Below are positions 1 through 9,130 of a stretch of 63,217 nt of DNA, piece after piece (within the stretch, counting starts at the first letter, position 1; every line of letters starts with the position of its first letter). Below the pieces are notes generated by a model, which did not search any database, was not told where the DNA came from, and saw only the letters and a program-made list of their open reading frames with translations. The DNA is from a virus (lineage: Duplodnaviria > Caudoviricetes): positions 1 to 63,217 of the IMG/VR virus record IMGVR_UViG_3300008339_006649; one strand, written 5' to 3'. Made by a program: the position numbers and the translations under genes.

Positions 1-347
1 TTAGGTACTAAGTCAATATAATCCTTTTTTAAAACCCAATCACCACCCGCCTGTAAACCTACAATTTTAGAATATGCATAAGTGTATTGGGTCTCCCAAT
101 CCATACTACGTGTTGATAGTGCTCTTGTTATAGATTGTTCATCAAGATTTAAACCGTAAACCGAGGTCCATTGAGATTCGATTAACCAATCTTGAACATG
201 TTGTTCATAATCCTCTATAGAAAGTTCCAATAAAGAATCCATCATTTCATCATCCAACTCAACTCCACGTAACGGTGCACCTAAAAGATTACGTATTCTT
301 TTATAAAGTTTACTTCTTTCTGGTTCGTTAATGATTACAATAGACAT
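1..347 (-). CDS. T4 gp13-like neck / head-tail adaptor protein (5' part; runs off the window edge)
   Basis: Not in the ORF track. Manual translation from ATG at 347: MSIVIINEPERSKLYKRIRNLLGAPLRGVELDDEMMDSLLELSIEDY..., open to position 1. LGAPxxxVEL resembles the gp13 N-terminus. TATTTATA motif upstream (361-368, minus). Confidence 0.7.
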   Translation of the reverse strand, partial: MSIVIINEPERSKLYKRIRNLLGAPLRGVELDDEMMDSLLELSIEDYEQHVQDWLIESQWTSVYGLNLDEQSITRALSTRSMDWETQYTYAYSKIVGLQAGGDWVLKKDYIDLVP

Positions 348-394
348 AATATATTTTCTATATAAATATCATTAAAATAAAAAGACTTACAATT

Positions 395-1477
395 TTACTT
401 TTTTTCTAATAGTGAATTAAAAGAGTCATTAACAAATTCCCAATTAACCACTTTCCAAAAATTTTTAATATACTCGTCTCTTTTGTTTTTATACTTTAAA
501 TAATATGCGTGTTCCCATAGGTCTAAACCTAATAGTGGATATCCATTTTCTTTTTCCGTATTCATTAATGGATTATCTTGATTTGATGTTGTTGTGATTT
601 TTAACTTATTATTTTTTGTTAATATTAACCAAACCCATCCAGAACCAAATTTTGTTTTACCCTCTTCCTCAAATTTTTCTTTAAATTTTTCAAAAGAACC
701 AAAATCTTTTTCTATTTTAGATAATATAGGGTCTTTTATTTGTTGTTTTTTTGGGGATAGCATTTTCCAAAACAAAGCGTGATTAAAGGCACCACCACCA
801 TTGTTTTTAACAATTTTATTAAATTTAGAAACTTTTTTAATGATTTCTTCCAATTCTAAATCAGGACCTTTAATTTTTTCTAACTCAACATTTAATTTTT
901 CAACATAAGTTTTGTAATGTTTAGTGTAGTGAGTTTTCATAGTTTCACTATCAATAAAAACACCCACAGAGTCATAATTATAAGGTAATTTTTCTATACT
1001 TATTTTTTTTATTTCGGTTATAATGTTTTGTTTTGATACTGATTCTATTTTTAATTTATTTTCTATTTCTTCAATTTTTTCTTTAAATGGGGAATATAAT
1101 TTTTTTTCAATAGATTTATTATCCTTTTCAAATTTTTTAATATCTGCACCGGCTTTAGCGTTAGCTTCATCTTCATTTTTACCGCCAATGTCCTTACCTT
1201 TTTTTCTTTTTAGTACGGTTCTTTGATATTCATGAATCCACTCATGTGATAATGTTTTTAAAATATCTCGATTAATCCGGTCTTTAACTAAAATTTTTAA
1301 TAAACTACCACTTGTTCTTGAACCAGTGGTCATTTTACCGGTTCTATTTTTTTGAAAACTAATGGTAACGTCGTTTTCTAACGGATGTTCCTTTTTTAAA
1401 AAGTTTATGAATTCTTTAATTAAAGATTCCCCACCTTTTGTCGGAGTACACCCAATATATTTAATCTTAACTTCCAT
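395..1477 (-). CDS. sod: Fe/Mn superoxide dismutase (Mn/cambialistic signature) fused to an N-terminal HExxH domain
   Basis: C-terminal ~200 aa carry HYTKHYKTYV, NGGGAFNHALFW, FGSGWVWL, TSNQDNPLM and DLWEHAYY, retaining all four metal ligands. N-terminal ~150 aa carry LSHEWIHEYQ...NEDEANA. Confidence 0.9.
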   Translation of the reverse strand: MEVKIKYIGCTPTKGGESLIKEFINFLKKEHPLENDVTISFQKNRTGKMTTGSRTSGSLLKILVKDRINRDILKTLSHEWIHEYQRTVLKRKKGKDIGGKNEDEANAKAGADIKKFEKDNKSIEKKLYSPFKEKIEEIENKLKIESVSKQNIITEIKKISIEKLPYNYDSVGVFIDSETMKTHYTKHYKTYVEKLNVELEKIKGPDLELEEIIKKVSKFNKIVKNNGGGAFNHALFWKMLSPKKQQIKDPILSKIEKDFGSFEKFKEKFEEEGKTKFGSGWVWLILTKNNKLKITTTSNQDNPLMNTEKENGYPLLGLDLWEHAYYLKYKNKRDEYIKNFWKVVNWEFVNDSFNSLLEKK

Positions 1478-1489
1478 GATATATAAATA

Positions 1490-3253
1490 TCAACGTCCGT
1501 TAGAAATCATTTTTAACATTTCTTCTATTGCAGATGCGTCATCCATCATATCATCACCCATAACGGTTGATATGATTTTTTTCTTTCTGTTTAAGATGTC
1601 GTAGATGGCACCTTCAATTGTATTTTCAAATAAAGGGTAATAAACTGATGTGGAATTTTTCTGACCAATTCTATGTGAACGGTCTTCGGCTTGTGCGTGT
1701 TCAGCGGGTACAAATGATAAGTCATTCATTATTACCGCTTCGGCAGCAGTTAAAGTCAAACCAACACCCGCGGCTTTCAAGTTACCAACAAATACTTTAA
1801 TCTTATCGTTAGTCTGAAATTCATCAACAGCATTTTGACGATGAGGTTTTGAACAACTCCCATCTAAATAAACTGCCGACTTACCAAAATGTTGGTAGAT
1901 TTGTTGGAGGGTGTCGGTGAAGTTTGTGAATATGATTACTTTTTTACCTTGCTCAATAATATTTTCAGCCAACTCAATCGTGTTATTAATTTTTTCCTGA
2001 GCAATCACTTTTCTAACCTTCATTAATTTACCAAATTGAATTGTTAATGAATTGGATTCTTCGGGATTTTGGTCGTACCAATCATAGTATTCACCCATCA
2101 ATTCTTCATAATCTTTAGATTTTAACCTTAAATAAACGGGTGTGATAATTTTTTCGGGTAAATCTAAAACCTCTTCTTTTAATCTACGTAAAATGTGTGT
2201 TTGAGTTCTTTCTCTTAATTCGTCAAGATTAGTTGCTCCTTGAACATTCCAAACTTTTCTTTTACCAACATTAAACTGAAAACCATTACAATACCTTTTA
2301 GCGTACGCCATCCAATTCATAGCCACAGGACTATCAACAATGTTCAATAAATTATAATAATTCATAGGTCGTGATGTCATAGGTGTTCCTGATAACAACC
2401 AAACTCTTTCTATTCTTGATATGATGTCATTTACGATTTTAGTTCTTTGCGCTTGTGGATTTGAAATCATATGTGCCTCATCCATAATGACTAAATCAAA
2501 TTTTGTCTTTAGAATTGTTGAGTCGTCTTTTTTCTTAATCTCGTGGAAATTTTTTAAGATGTCATAGTTGATGATTACAAAATCATGTTGATCTGAAAAT
2601 TTTTTACCTTCTGCAATATATACGGTTCTGTCTGAATAATTTTCAATTTCACGTTGCCAATTAATTTTTAATGATGCGGGACATATAATTAAAATCTTTT
2701 TTGCGCCTGTTTCTAAAGCGGAGATAATTGTTGATGTGGTTTTACCAAGACCCATATCATCGGCCAAAATAAACTTTTTATTTCTAACCAACTTTTCAAT
2801 TGCCTCAATTTGGTGAGTCATTGGCATTCTGTGTTTATACTTACTATAATCTATAACAACATTTTTCACTTCGTTATCTTTAACGAGTGCTGATTTTGGC
2901 ATCCAAAAATCATAAGTTGTGTCACCTGAAAATATTTTACCCCAAATGTGATACGATTTATCTTTTTCGACCAAAAGCTTTTCAACGTATATTTCAGTCG
3001 GTTCCTTGGTATACATTTTATCCTCCATTAATTTTTTACCAAAGTATGAATCCAGTTTAACCCATTTTTTTGCAACTTTTGGTTGTACGTTATGATAATT
3101 AATAATGTATTCAGATTGGGGTCTTGTGGGAACAAAAGACTTACTATTTTGTTTTTTGTGTTTTAAATTAAGGATGTAATTATTAGACCCTTCATAATTA
3201 TCTAAAATTAAAAGGGCCTTGGACTCTGGCGTTTTTGATATTGCATCTTCCAT
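1490..3253 (-). CDS. SNF2-family (SMARCAL1/HARP-like) helicase/translocase
   Basis: DDMGLGKT Walker A, DEAH, LSGTP, AAGVGLTL, QAEDRSHRIGQ. Likely start is ATG 3253 (MEDAIS) rather than 3283. Confidence 0.9.
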   Translation of the reverse strand: MEDAISKTPESKALLILDNYEGSNNYILNLKHKKQNSKSFVPTRPQSEYIINYHNVQPKVAKKWVKLDSYFGKKLMEDKMYTKEPTEIYVEKLLVEKDKSYHIWGKIFSGDTTYDFWMPKSALVKDNEVKNVVIDYSKYKHRMPMTHQIEAIEKLVRNKKFILADDMGLGKTTSTIISALETGAKKILIICPASLKINWQREIENYSDRTVYIAEGKKFSDQHDFVIINYDILKNFHEIKKKDDSTILKTKFDLVIMDEAHMISNPQAQRTKIVNDIISRIERVWLLSGTPMTSRPMNYYNLLNIVDSPVAMNWMAYAKRYCNGFQFNVGKRKVWNVQGATNLDELRERTQTHILRRLKEEVLDLPEKIITPVYLRLKSKDYEELMGEYYDWYDQNPEESNSLTIQFGKLMKVRKVIAQEKINNTIELAENIIEQGKKVIIFTNFTDTLQQIYQHFGKSAVYLDGSCSKPHRQNAVDEFQTNDKIKVFVGNLKAAGVGLTLTAAEAVIMNDLSFVPAEHAQAEDRSHRIGQKNSTSVYYPLFENTIEGAIYDILNRKKKIISTVMGDDMMDDASAIEEMLKMISNGR

Positions 3254-3309
3254 TAATATATGAATAATAATAAAACAAAACAAAAAATCAATTTTTTAAA
3301 ATTTTAAAG

Positions 3310-3317
3310 TATTTATA
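3310..3317 (+). promoter_or_regulatory. TATTTAT[A/T/C] putative late promoter (representative copy)
   Basis: The same sense-strand motif occurs before genes at 361(-), 1482(-), 3865, 5635(-), 5679, 8971, 10083, 11607, 13567, 27656, 32380, 37243/37269, 39639, 48362 and 58190. Confidence 0.7.
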
Positions 3318-3328
3318 ATAAAAATTTT

Positions 3329-3811
3329 ATGAAAAAAATAATAAAACTTACAGAATCTGATTTAGCAAGAATTGTTATAAATGTTATAAATGAAAATAAC
3401 AATGAAAAAAAAAGAAGTCATATACTTTTATATAACTGTCTGATGACTAAAACTAATTGGTATAATAAATCAAATATCAGAAGCGTTGAAAATAAAAATT
3501 GGTCAATTATCGAAGGTAGTTTAGAATCGGGCGATAAAGTAGTTTATGCAAGAGAATTTGTTAACGAAAAATTAAAAAATCGAGAAATAAATTATGGTTC
3601 ACAACGTTTAAGATGTGAGCGTAAAAACAGTAAAATTAATTGTCAACTTTTAACGTTTATGGATGGAGACAAACAGAGTATTTGGCTACTGAACAAAACT
3701 TATGTTGGAGATAAAAAATTTATTTGGTACAGTGAAGGTGTTACAACAACATGTGATGAACTTCAAAAAATTGTAAATGATGAAGCAAATAAAGCACATA
3801 TTAATGACTAA
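3329..3811 (+). CDS. Hypothetical protein with MKKIIKLTESDL..VINE leader (putative head-packaged protein)
   Basis: 160-aa ORF with its own TATTTATA motif (3310-3317) and a downstream terminator. Confidence 0.6.
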   Translation: MKKIIKLTESDLARIVINVINENNNEKKRSHILLYNCLMTKTNWYNKSNIRSVENKNWSIIEGSLESGDKVVYAREFVNEKLKNREINYGSQRLRCERKNSKINCQLLTFMDGDKQSIWLLNKTYVGDKKFIWYSEGVTTTCDELQKIVNDEANKAHIND

Positions 3812-3830
3812 TTTAAAATTAAATTTTTGT

Positions 3831-3854
3831 AACCCACTTTAAAGTGGGTTTTTT
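3831..3854 (+). terminator. Rho-independent terminator
   Basis: Perfect 20-bp palindrome AACCCACTTT/AAAGTGGGTT followed by a T run. Confidence 0.8.
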
Positions 3855-3875
3855 GTTTTATTAGTATTTATAGTT

Positions 3876-4391
3876 ATGGCAGAGAATAAAGTTCCAATTA
3901 CTCGTTTAAATAAGTTTTTTTCTGAACAAGATTTTGATTTGGATATATCTATGGGTGACGAATGGTTAGGTGGAGATATGAATTTTACCGTGGTATTATA
4001 TAGAGTTGATAGACAAAGAACTGTAAATGATGATGTTTATGGTGAAACTTTAGAAGATGGTATACAATTTTTACCTCCTGTTGAATTTAAAGGATATGTA
4101 CAAGTTGAGCAACCTTCTAATGTTGATTACGGGGCATCTAAAATCTCACAAACAGAACCAGGTAATATTAAAATTGGTGTTTACCAAAAACAATTAGATG
4201 AGTTAGGTATACAGATTTCATATGGTGATTATATTGGTTATTATGAGACTGAAACAAGAGTTAGGTATTATACAGTCGTAAATGATGGTCGTGTTATTTC
4301 GGATAATAAACACACTTATGGTGGTTATAAACCATTCTATCGTTCTATTATTGGAGCACCTGTAAATGAAAATGAATTTAGAGGAATATAA
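3876..4391 (+). CDS. Head completion / gp14-like neck protein
   Basis: DDVYGE motif and position upstream of the terminator and sheath genes. Confidence 0.55.
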   Translation: MAENKVPITRLNKFFSEQDFDLDISMGDEWLGGDMNFTVVLYRVDRQRTVNDDVYGETLEDGIQFLPPVEFKGYVQVEQPSNVDYGASKISQTEPGNIKIGVYQKQLDELGIQISYGDYIGYYETETRVRYYTVVNDGRVISDNKHTYGGYKPFYRSIIGAPVNENEFRGI

Positions 4392-4393
4392 AA

Positions 4394-5434
4394 ATGGCAT
4401 TACCTAAAAAAATAAAAAATTATTTACCTTTAACTCCAGAAAAAGTTGGTAGGGAGCGAAGACAGGAAATGTTAGACGACATTACTGACCAAGGAACCTA
4501 TTTACCCAAAGGAGTTTTACATGCGGATTTAGATAAAGGTATGTTAGATTTTGTTAAAGAAACATTAAAATTAGTTGTCGATGAAAAAACAGTACCAACA
4601 ATTAATAAAATAATAACGAACCAAAACTGGTCACAATTTGTTGAGTCTTGGAATTTTCAAGATTTAGATAATAACGTGTCGTTACCTTTTATTGCCACTG
4701 TTAGACTACCGGAAGTAAAATACGGAACATTTCAAGGAGGTGCCGCAAACATACCAAATAGAAGGCAATTTTTTTATTATACTGTACCAACTTGGGACGG
4801 TCAAAGAAAAGGCGCTACAGTTTATAAAATCCCTCAACCAGTCCCTGTTGATATTACATTTAATGTTAAGTTATTTTGTAATAGGATGAGAGAGCTTAAT
4901 GATTTTAATAAAATTGTTATGCAAACTTTCACATCAAAACAGGCATACACTCAAATTAAAGGTCACTATATACCTATAATTATGGAAAGTGTTGGGGATG
5001 AGTCGGCAAAAGATTTAGAAAAAAGAAAGTACTACATTGCAAACTATACTTTTATTATGAAAGGACTTCTTATAGATGAAGAAGAGTTTCAAATATCACC
5101 CGCAATATCAAGGCAGGTCACTATGTTTGAAGTGGATACAAAAGTAAGAGGTAGAAACGTAAAACCACAACCCCCAAGACCAAATTATTTTGATTTAAAT
5201 TTAACTTTTGTTGTTGGGGTAACACAACTAACTGAAGTTTTTAGATATACCGCAGATTTAAAAGTTGGGGAAATAGATAATGTATCGTCTTATTCTGTTT
5301 TTATAAATGGTAATTATGTCGGTGACGATTTAACAACTATACAAATTACTGATGGAGATACGTTTTTAATTACTGTAACAAAGATAGACCCAACTAAATC
5401 GGCAACCATATATACAACCGCATATTTAGTTTAA
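4394..5434 (+). CDS. Tail terminator / sheath stabiliser (gp15-like)
   Basis: PQPVPVDITFNVKLF motif resembling gp15; synteny between neck and sheath. Confidence 0.55.
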   Translation: MALPKKIKNYLPLTPEKVGRERRQEMLDDITDQGTYLPKGVLHADLDKGMLDFVKETLKLVVDEKTVPTINKIITNQNWSQFVESWNFQDLDNNVSLPFIATVRLPEVKYGTFQGGAANIPNRRQFFYYTVPTWDGQRKGATVYKIPQPVPVDITFNVKLFCNRMRELNDFNKIVMQTFTSKQAYTQIKGHYIPIIMESVGDESAKDLEKRKYYIANYTFIMKGLLIDEEEFQISPAISRQVTMFEVDTKVRGRNVKPQPPRPNYFDLNLTFVVGVTQLTEVFRYTADLKVGEIDNVSSYSVFINGNYVGDDLTTIQITDGDTFLITVTKIDPTKSATIYTTAYLV

Positions 5435-5584
5435 CTACTCCCCATATAAATCTTTTTTTACTTCACAATTTTTTTTAATTAAATTCTCTAAAAATTTATA
5501 CATTTTAAGTCCATTTTCTTCGCAGTATTTTTTTAATAAATTATGAGTTTCTTCTGATATTTTTAAGTTTTTTATCTTTTTCAT
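5435..5584 (-). CDS. Small ribbon-helix-helix DNA-binding protein
   Basis: MKKIKNLKISEETHNLLKKYCEENGLKMYKFLENLI fits the RHH beta-alpha-alpha pattern. Start is 5584 (or 5632 per the track). Confidence 0.6.
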   Translation of the reverse strand: MKKIKNLKISEETHNLLKKYCEENGLKMYKFLENLIKKNCEVKKDLYGE

Positions 5585-5719
5585 TTTGTAAAAAGTTATA
5601 GGTAGAAAAAAGGTAGATTTTTTTCTTACCATTTGATAAATATTATATAAGGGTAAAGTTTTTTGTGTTTTGACGAGGTATTTATATAATAAAATAAAAA
5701 TTTAAATACTTTTTAAAAC

Positions 5720-8700
5720 ATGGCATCATCTAACAAAGTTTTCGTTTCTCCTGGAGTTTACACATCTGAAAGAGACTTAACATTTGTTGCACAAAGTGTG
5801 GGTGTAACAACATTGGGAGTTGCGGGAGAAACCTTACAAGGACCTGCTTTCGAACCAATTTTTATTACAAATTTTGACGAATTCCAAGTTTATTTTGGAG
5901 GAACAAGTCCAGAAAAATTTGTAAACACACAAATACCTAAATACGAATTAGCTTATATCACTAAAGCATATTTACAACAATCAAATCAACTTTTTGTTAC
6001 TAGGGTTCTTGGGTTATCAGGATATGATGCGGGACCATCTTGGTCTATTGTCACTATAGGAAATGTTGACTCATCATCTATTGTTGCAACCGGTAATACT
6101 GGACCGGTAAATGTATTATTTACGGGAACAACAGGTACTTCAGCTAATATTACATTAACAACAGTACCATCTTCTTTAAACGTTGACGGTAATTTTTATA
6201 ACACATATACAGAATACAATGGTGGTACATCTTCAGTTGAATCCGATTTAAAAACTTACCTTTCTAATCAAGTTAATTTGGCCGGAACATCATCAACAGG
6301 TACAACTTCTATGTTTTGGGGTATTGTCAGTGGTGGAACATTTAACCTTGTGACAGGTGGGTCTATTAATACAGTAACGGCATATACTGAAAACTTTGGT
6401 GTTACATCAGCAAGTGGTGGTACATTAAATTCAACCACTAACGATGCTTGGTTCTATGGGTTATTTAATTACCAAAATAATACGGTAAATACATATTACG
6501 GACAAGGTTTTGGTTGTTCTCTTGGTTCACTATCGGGAACTGGTGGTAACTATTCAGGTTCTGCCAAATTTTACATCACAAACTATTCAGGTACCCCATA
6601 TACCGAATACGATGACATGGTTGTTGCAACTTTAAGATCAAGAGGGATTACTACTTATAGCTCAACACAACATGGTCCAAAATTTGAAGTTACTGGTACA
6701 ACAGATGTTGCCATGATATGTACAAATACGTATTCAGGTGTAACTAAAAATCCATATTTACCATTCTCAATATCAGGCGTAACATATGACGGAGATAATT
6801 TTGAATTTGAGACTTCAATGCAATCAACAGATAAAAACTTTATTAGAAAAGTATTTGGTGGATCTAATTTTGGTAAAAATAGAACTGAAGTTCCTCTTTT
6901 TGTTGAGGAGACTTATTCAAGTTTACTTTTAACAGGTTACAGAGCAGGTCAAATTAGAGGTCTATATTGTGACTTAGTATCTTTACCCGGTGTTACTGAT
7001 GTGTCGAGTCCTGATTATTCAGACTCTTTAGGATTTTATTTAGAACAATATCAAACACCTGAAACACCATACTTGGTTTCTGAACTTAGAGGTAATAAAG
7101 TTTACAAATTATTTAAATTTGTTTTAATATCTGACGGTAACGCAGCAAACACACAGGTTAAAATGTCAATAGGTAATATATCATTTACTAATGGTACATT
7201 TGATGTATTTATTCGTGATTTCTTTGATAACGACCAAAATGTTAAAGTTATTGAAAGTTTTACTAATTGTTCTATGGATCCATCAAATAACAATTACGTA
7301 GCTAACAAGATTGGTACATCTAATGGTGAGTATCAGGTTAAATCTAAATACGTAATGTTGGAAATGAGCGATGAAGCACCAATAGATGCATTACCTTGTG
7401 GTTTTGAGGGATATATTTCAAGAGAATATGCTAACGCAACTCCACCTTTTGTAAACTATAAAACTAAATACTACACGGCGGGAGAAACAATTTACAACCC
7501 TCCTTTTGGTTCAAGTTCTGGTGGCGATAATCCTGTAATTTCAAGTGGAGAAAATCCAAGAAAGGCATACTTAGGTATATCAAATATAACGGGTATCGAT
7601 TATGATTTTTACCAATATAAAGGAAAACAAATACCGGCAAGTTTGGCGACAGATACTACAGGTATCGCTTGGGGATACTTAACTAAAGGTTTCCACATGG
7701 ATAGTGGGGCTACGGTTGTAACAATAGCTAATGGTTACTCTACATCAGGACAATCAGCATTTGAAGTAGGGGTTAGTTCATTTAATTCTGAACCTACAGA
7801 TGCTTCTAACGCATACTATAGATTAAACACTCGTAAATTTACTATATTAGCGTATGGTGGTTTTGATGGTTGGGACATTTATAGAGAATCAAGAACAAAT
7901 ACTGACACATACGCTTTAGGTCAAACAGGTTTCAAAAACGGAGCGGCTACTTCAGTAACATATCCTACGGCAACAGGTTGGGGAGCATTTAAAGCAATTT
8001 CAGGACCTAATCAAGAAAGTTGGGCAAATACTGACTTTTACGCATACAAATGGGGACAGTCAACTTTCGCAAATCCTGAAGCAACAAACATTAATGTATT
8101 TGCAACTCCGGGTATTGATTATGTAAACAATTCTAATTTGGTTGAAGATGCGATTGATATGATTGAGACTGATAGAGCTGATTCTATTTACATTACCACG
8201 ACCCCTGACTTTAATCTGTTCTTACCGACATACCAAGATATCGAAGAGGGGTTAATTTACCCTCAAGAAGTTGTTGATAATTTAGAAAATACAGGAATTG
8301 ACTCTAACTATACGGCAACTTACTACCCGTGGATTTTAACAAGAGACACTGTTAATAATACTCAAATCTATATCCCACCAACTTCTGAAGTTGTTAAGAA
8401 TTTAGCATTGACGGATAACATTGCATTCCCTTGGTTCGCATCGGCAGGTTACACAAGAGGTCTTGTAAACGCAATTAGAGCAAGACGTAAGTTAACACAA
8501 GATGATAGAGATACTTTATATAAAGGTAGAGTTAACCCAATCGCAACATTCTCCGATGTAGGTACAGTAATTTGGGGTAACAAAACAATGCAAATTAGAG
8601 AATCTGCACTTGACAGAATAAACGTAAGAAGATTGTTATTACAAGCACGTAAATTAATTTCAGCAGTGGCAATTAGATTGTTGTTCGAACAAAACGATAA

Positions 8701-8923
8701 CAAAGTAAGACAAGACTTCTTGGATTCAGTTAACCCGATCTTGGATTCAATTAGAAGAGATAGAGGTTTAATTGACTTCCGTGTGACAGTTTCAAACACA
8801 CCTGAAGATTTAGATTCAAACACATTAACAGGTAAAATCTTCTTGAAACCTACAAGAGCGTTAGAATATATCGACATCGAGTTTGTGATTACACCAACGG
8901 GGGCGTCTTTCGATAACGTTTAA
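5720..8923 (+). CDS. Contractile tail sheath protein (gp18-like)
   Basis: FVSPGVYTSERD N-terminus; YYPW, PWFASAGYTRG, LYKGRVNPI, WGNKT, DRINVRRLL, KPTRALEYIDIEF C-terminus. Confidence 0.95.
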   Translation: MASSNKVFVSPGVYTSERDLTFVAQSVGVTTLGVAGETLQGPAFEPIFITNFDEFQVYFGGTSPEKFVNTQIPKYELAYITKAYLQQSNQLFVTRVLGLSGYDAGPSWSIVTIGNVDSSSIVATGNTGPVNVLFTGTTGTSANITLTTVPSSLNVDGNFYNTYTEYNGGTSSVESDLKTYLSNQVNLAGTSSTGTTSMFWGIVSGGTFNLVTGGSINTVTAYTENFGVTSASGGTLNSTTNDAWFYGLFNYQNNTVNTYYGQGFGCSLGSLSGTGGNYSGSAKFYITNYSGTPYTEYDDMVVATLRSRGITTYSSTQHGPKFEVTGTTDVAMICTNTYSGVTKNPYLPFSISGVTYDGDNFEFETSMQSTDKNFIRKVFGGSNFGKNRTEVPLFVEETYSSLLLTGYRAGQIRGLYCDLVSLPGVTDVSSPDYSDSLGFYLEQYQTPETPYLVSELRGNKVYKLFKFVLISDGNAANTQVKMSIGNISFTNGTFDVFIRDFFDNDQNVKVIESFTNCSMDPSNNNYVANKIGTSNGEYQVKSKYVMLEMSDEAPIDALPCGFEGYISREYANATPPFVNYKTKYYTAGETIYNPPFGSSSGGDNPVISSGENPRKAYLGISNITGIDYDFYQYKGKQIPASLATDTTGIAWGYLTKGFHMDSGATVVTIANGYSTSGQSAFEVGVSSFNSEPTDASNAYYRLNTRKFTILAYGGFDGWDIYRESRTNTDTYALGQTGFKNGAATSVTYPTATGWGAFKAISGPNQESWANTDFYAYKWGQSTFANPEATNINVFATPGIDYVNNSNLVEDAIDMIETDRADSIYITTTPDFNLFLPTYQDIEEGLIYPQEVVDNLENTGIDSNYTATYYPWILTRDTVNNTQIYIPPTSEVVKNLALTDNIAFPWFASAGYTRGLVNAIRARRKLTQDDRDTLYKGRVNPIATFSDVGTVIWGNKTMQIRESALDRINVRRLLLQARKLISAVAIRLLFEQNDNKVRQDFLDSVNPILDSIRRDRGLIDFRVTVSNTPEDLDSNTLTGKIFLKPTRALEYIDIEFVITPTGASFDNV

Positions 8924-8942
8924 TAAAACAATAAAAAATAGA

Positions 8943-8966
8943 GTGGGGGGTAGAAATATCCCCCAT
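8943..8966 (+). other. GC-rich stem-loop with GAAA tetraloop after the sheath gene
   Basis: GTGGGGGGTA-GAAA-TATCCCCCAT, a 10-bp stem with two G-U pairs; no U-tract on the plus strand. Confidence 0.6.
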
Positions 8967-8992
8967 TATATATTTATAGAAAAAATAAAGAC

Positions 8993-9130
8993 ATGAAAAT
9001 AGAGAAAAAATTAATAAAAGAATCTTTAGGGTACTCCCAAAAAGGTAAAAAAACGTTTTCTGATAAAAAACAAAACATAATCATTACTGAGTCTCAGTTA
9101 GAAAAATTATTGGAAAAACTTCAAAAGTAA
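8993..9130 (+). CDS. Small 45-aa protein (below the ORF-track cutoff)
   Basis: MKIEKKLIKESLGYSQKGKKTFSDKKQNIIITESQLEKLLEKLQK. Preceded by TATTTATA (8971-8978); its stop overlaps the next ATG (TAATG). Confidence 0.7.
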   Translation: MKIEKKLIKESLGYSQKGKKTFSDKKQNIIITESQLEKLLEKLQK

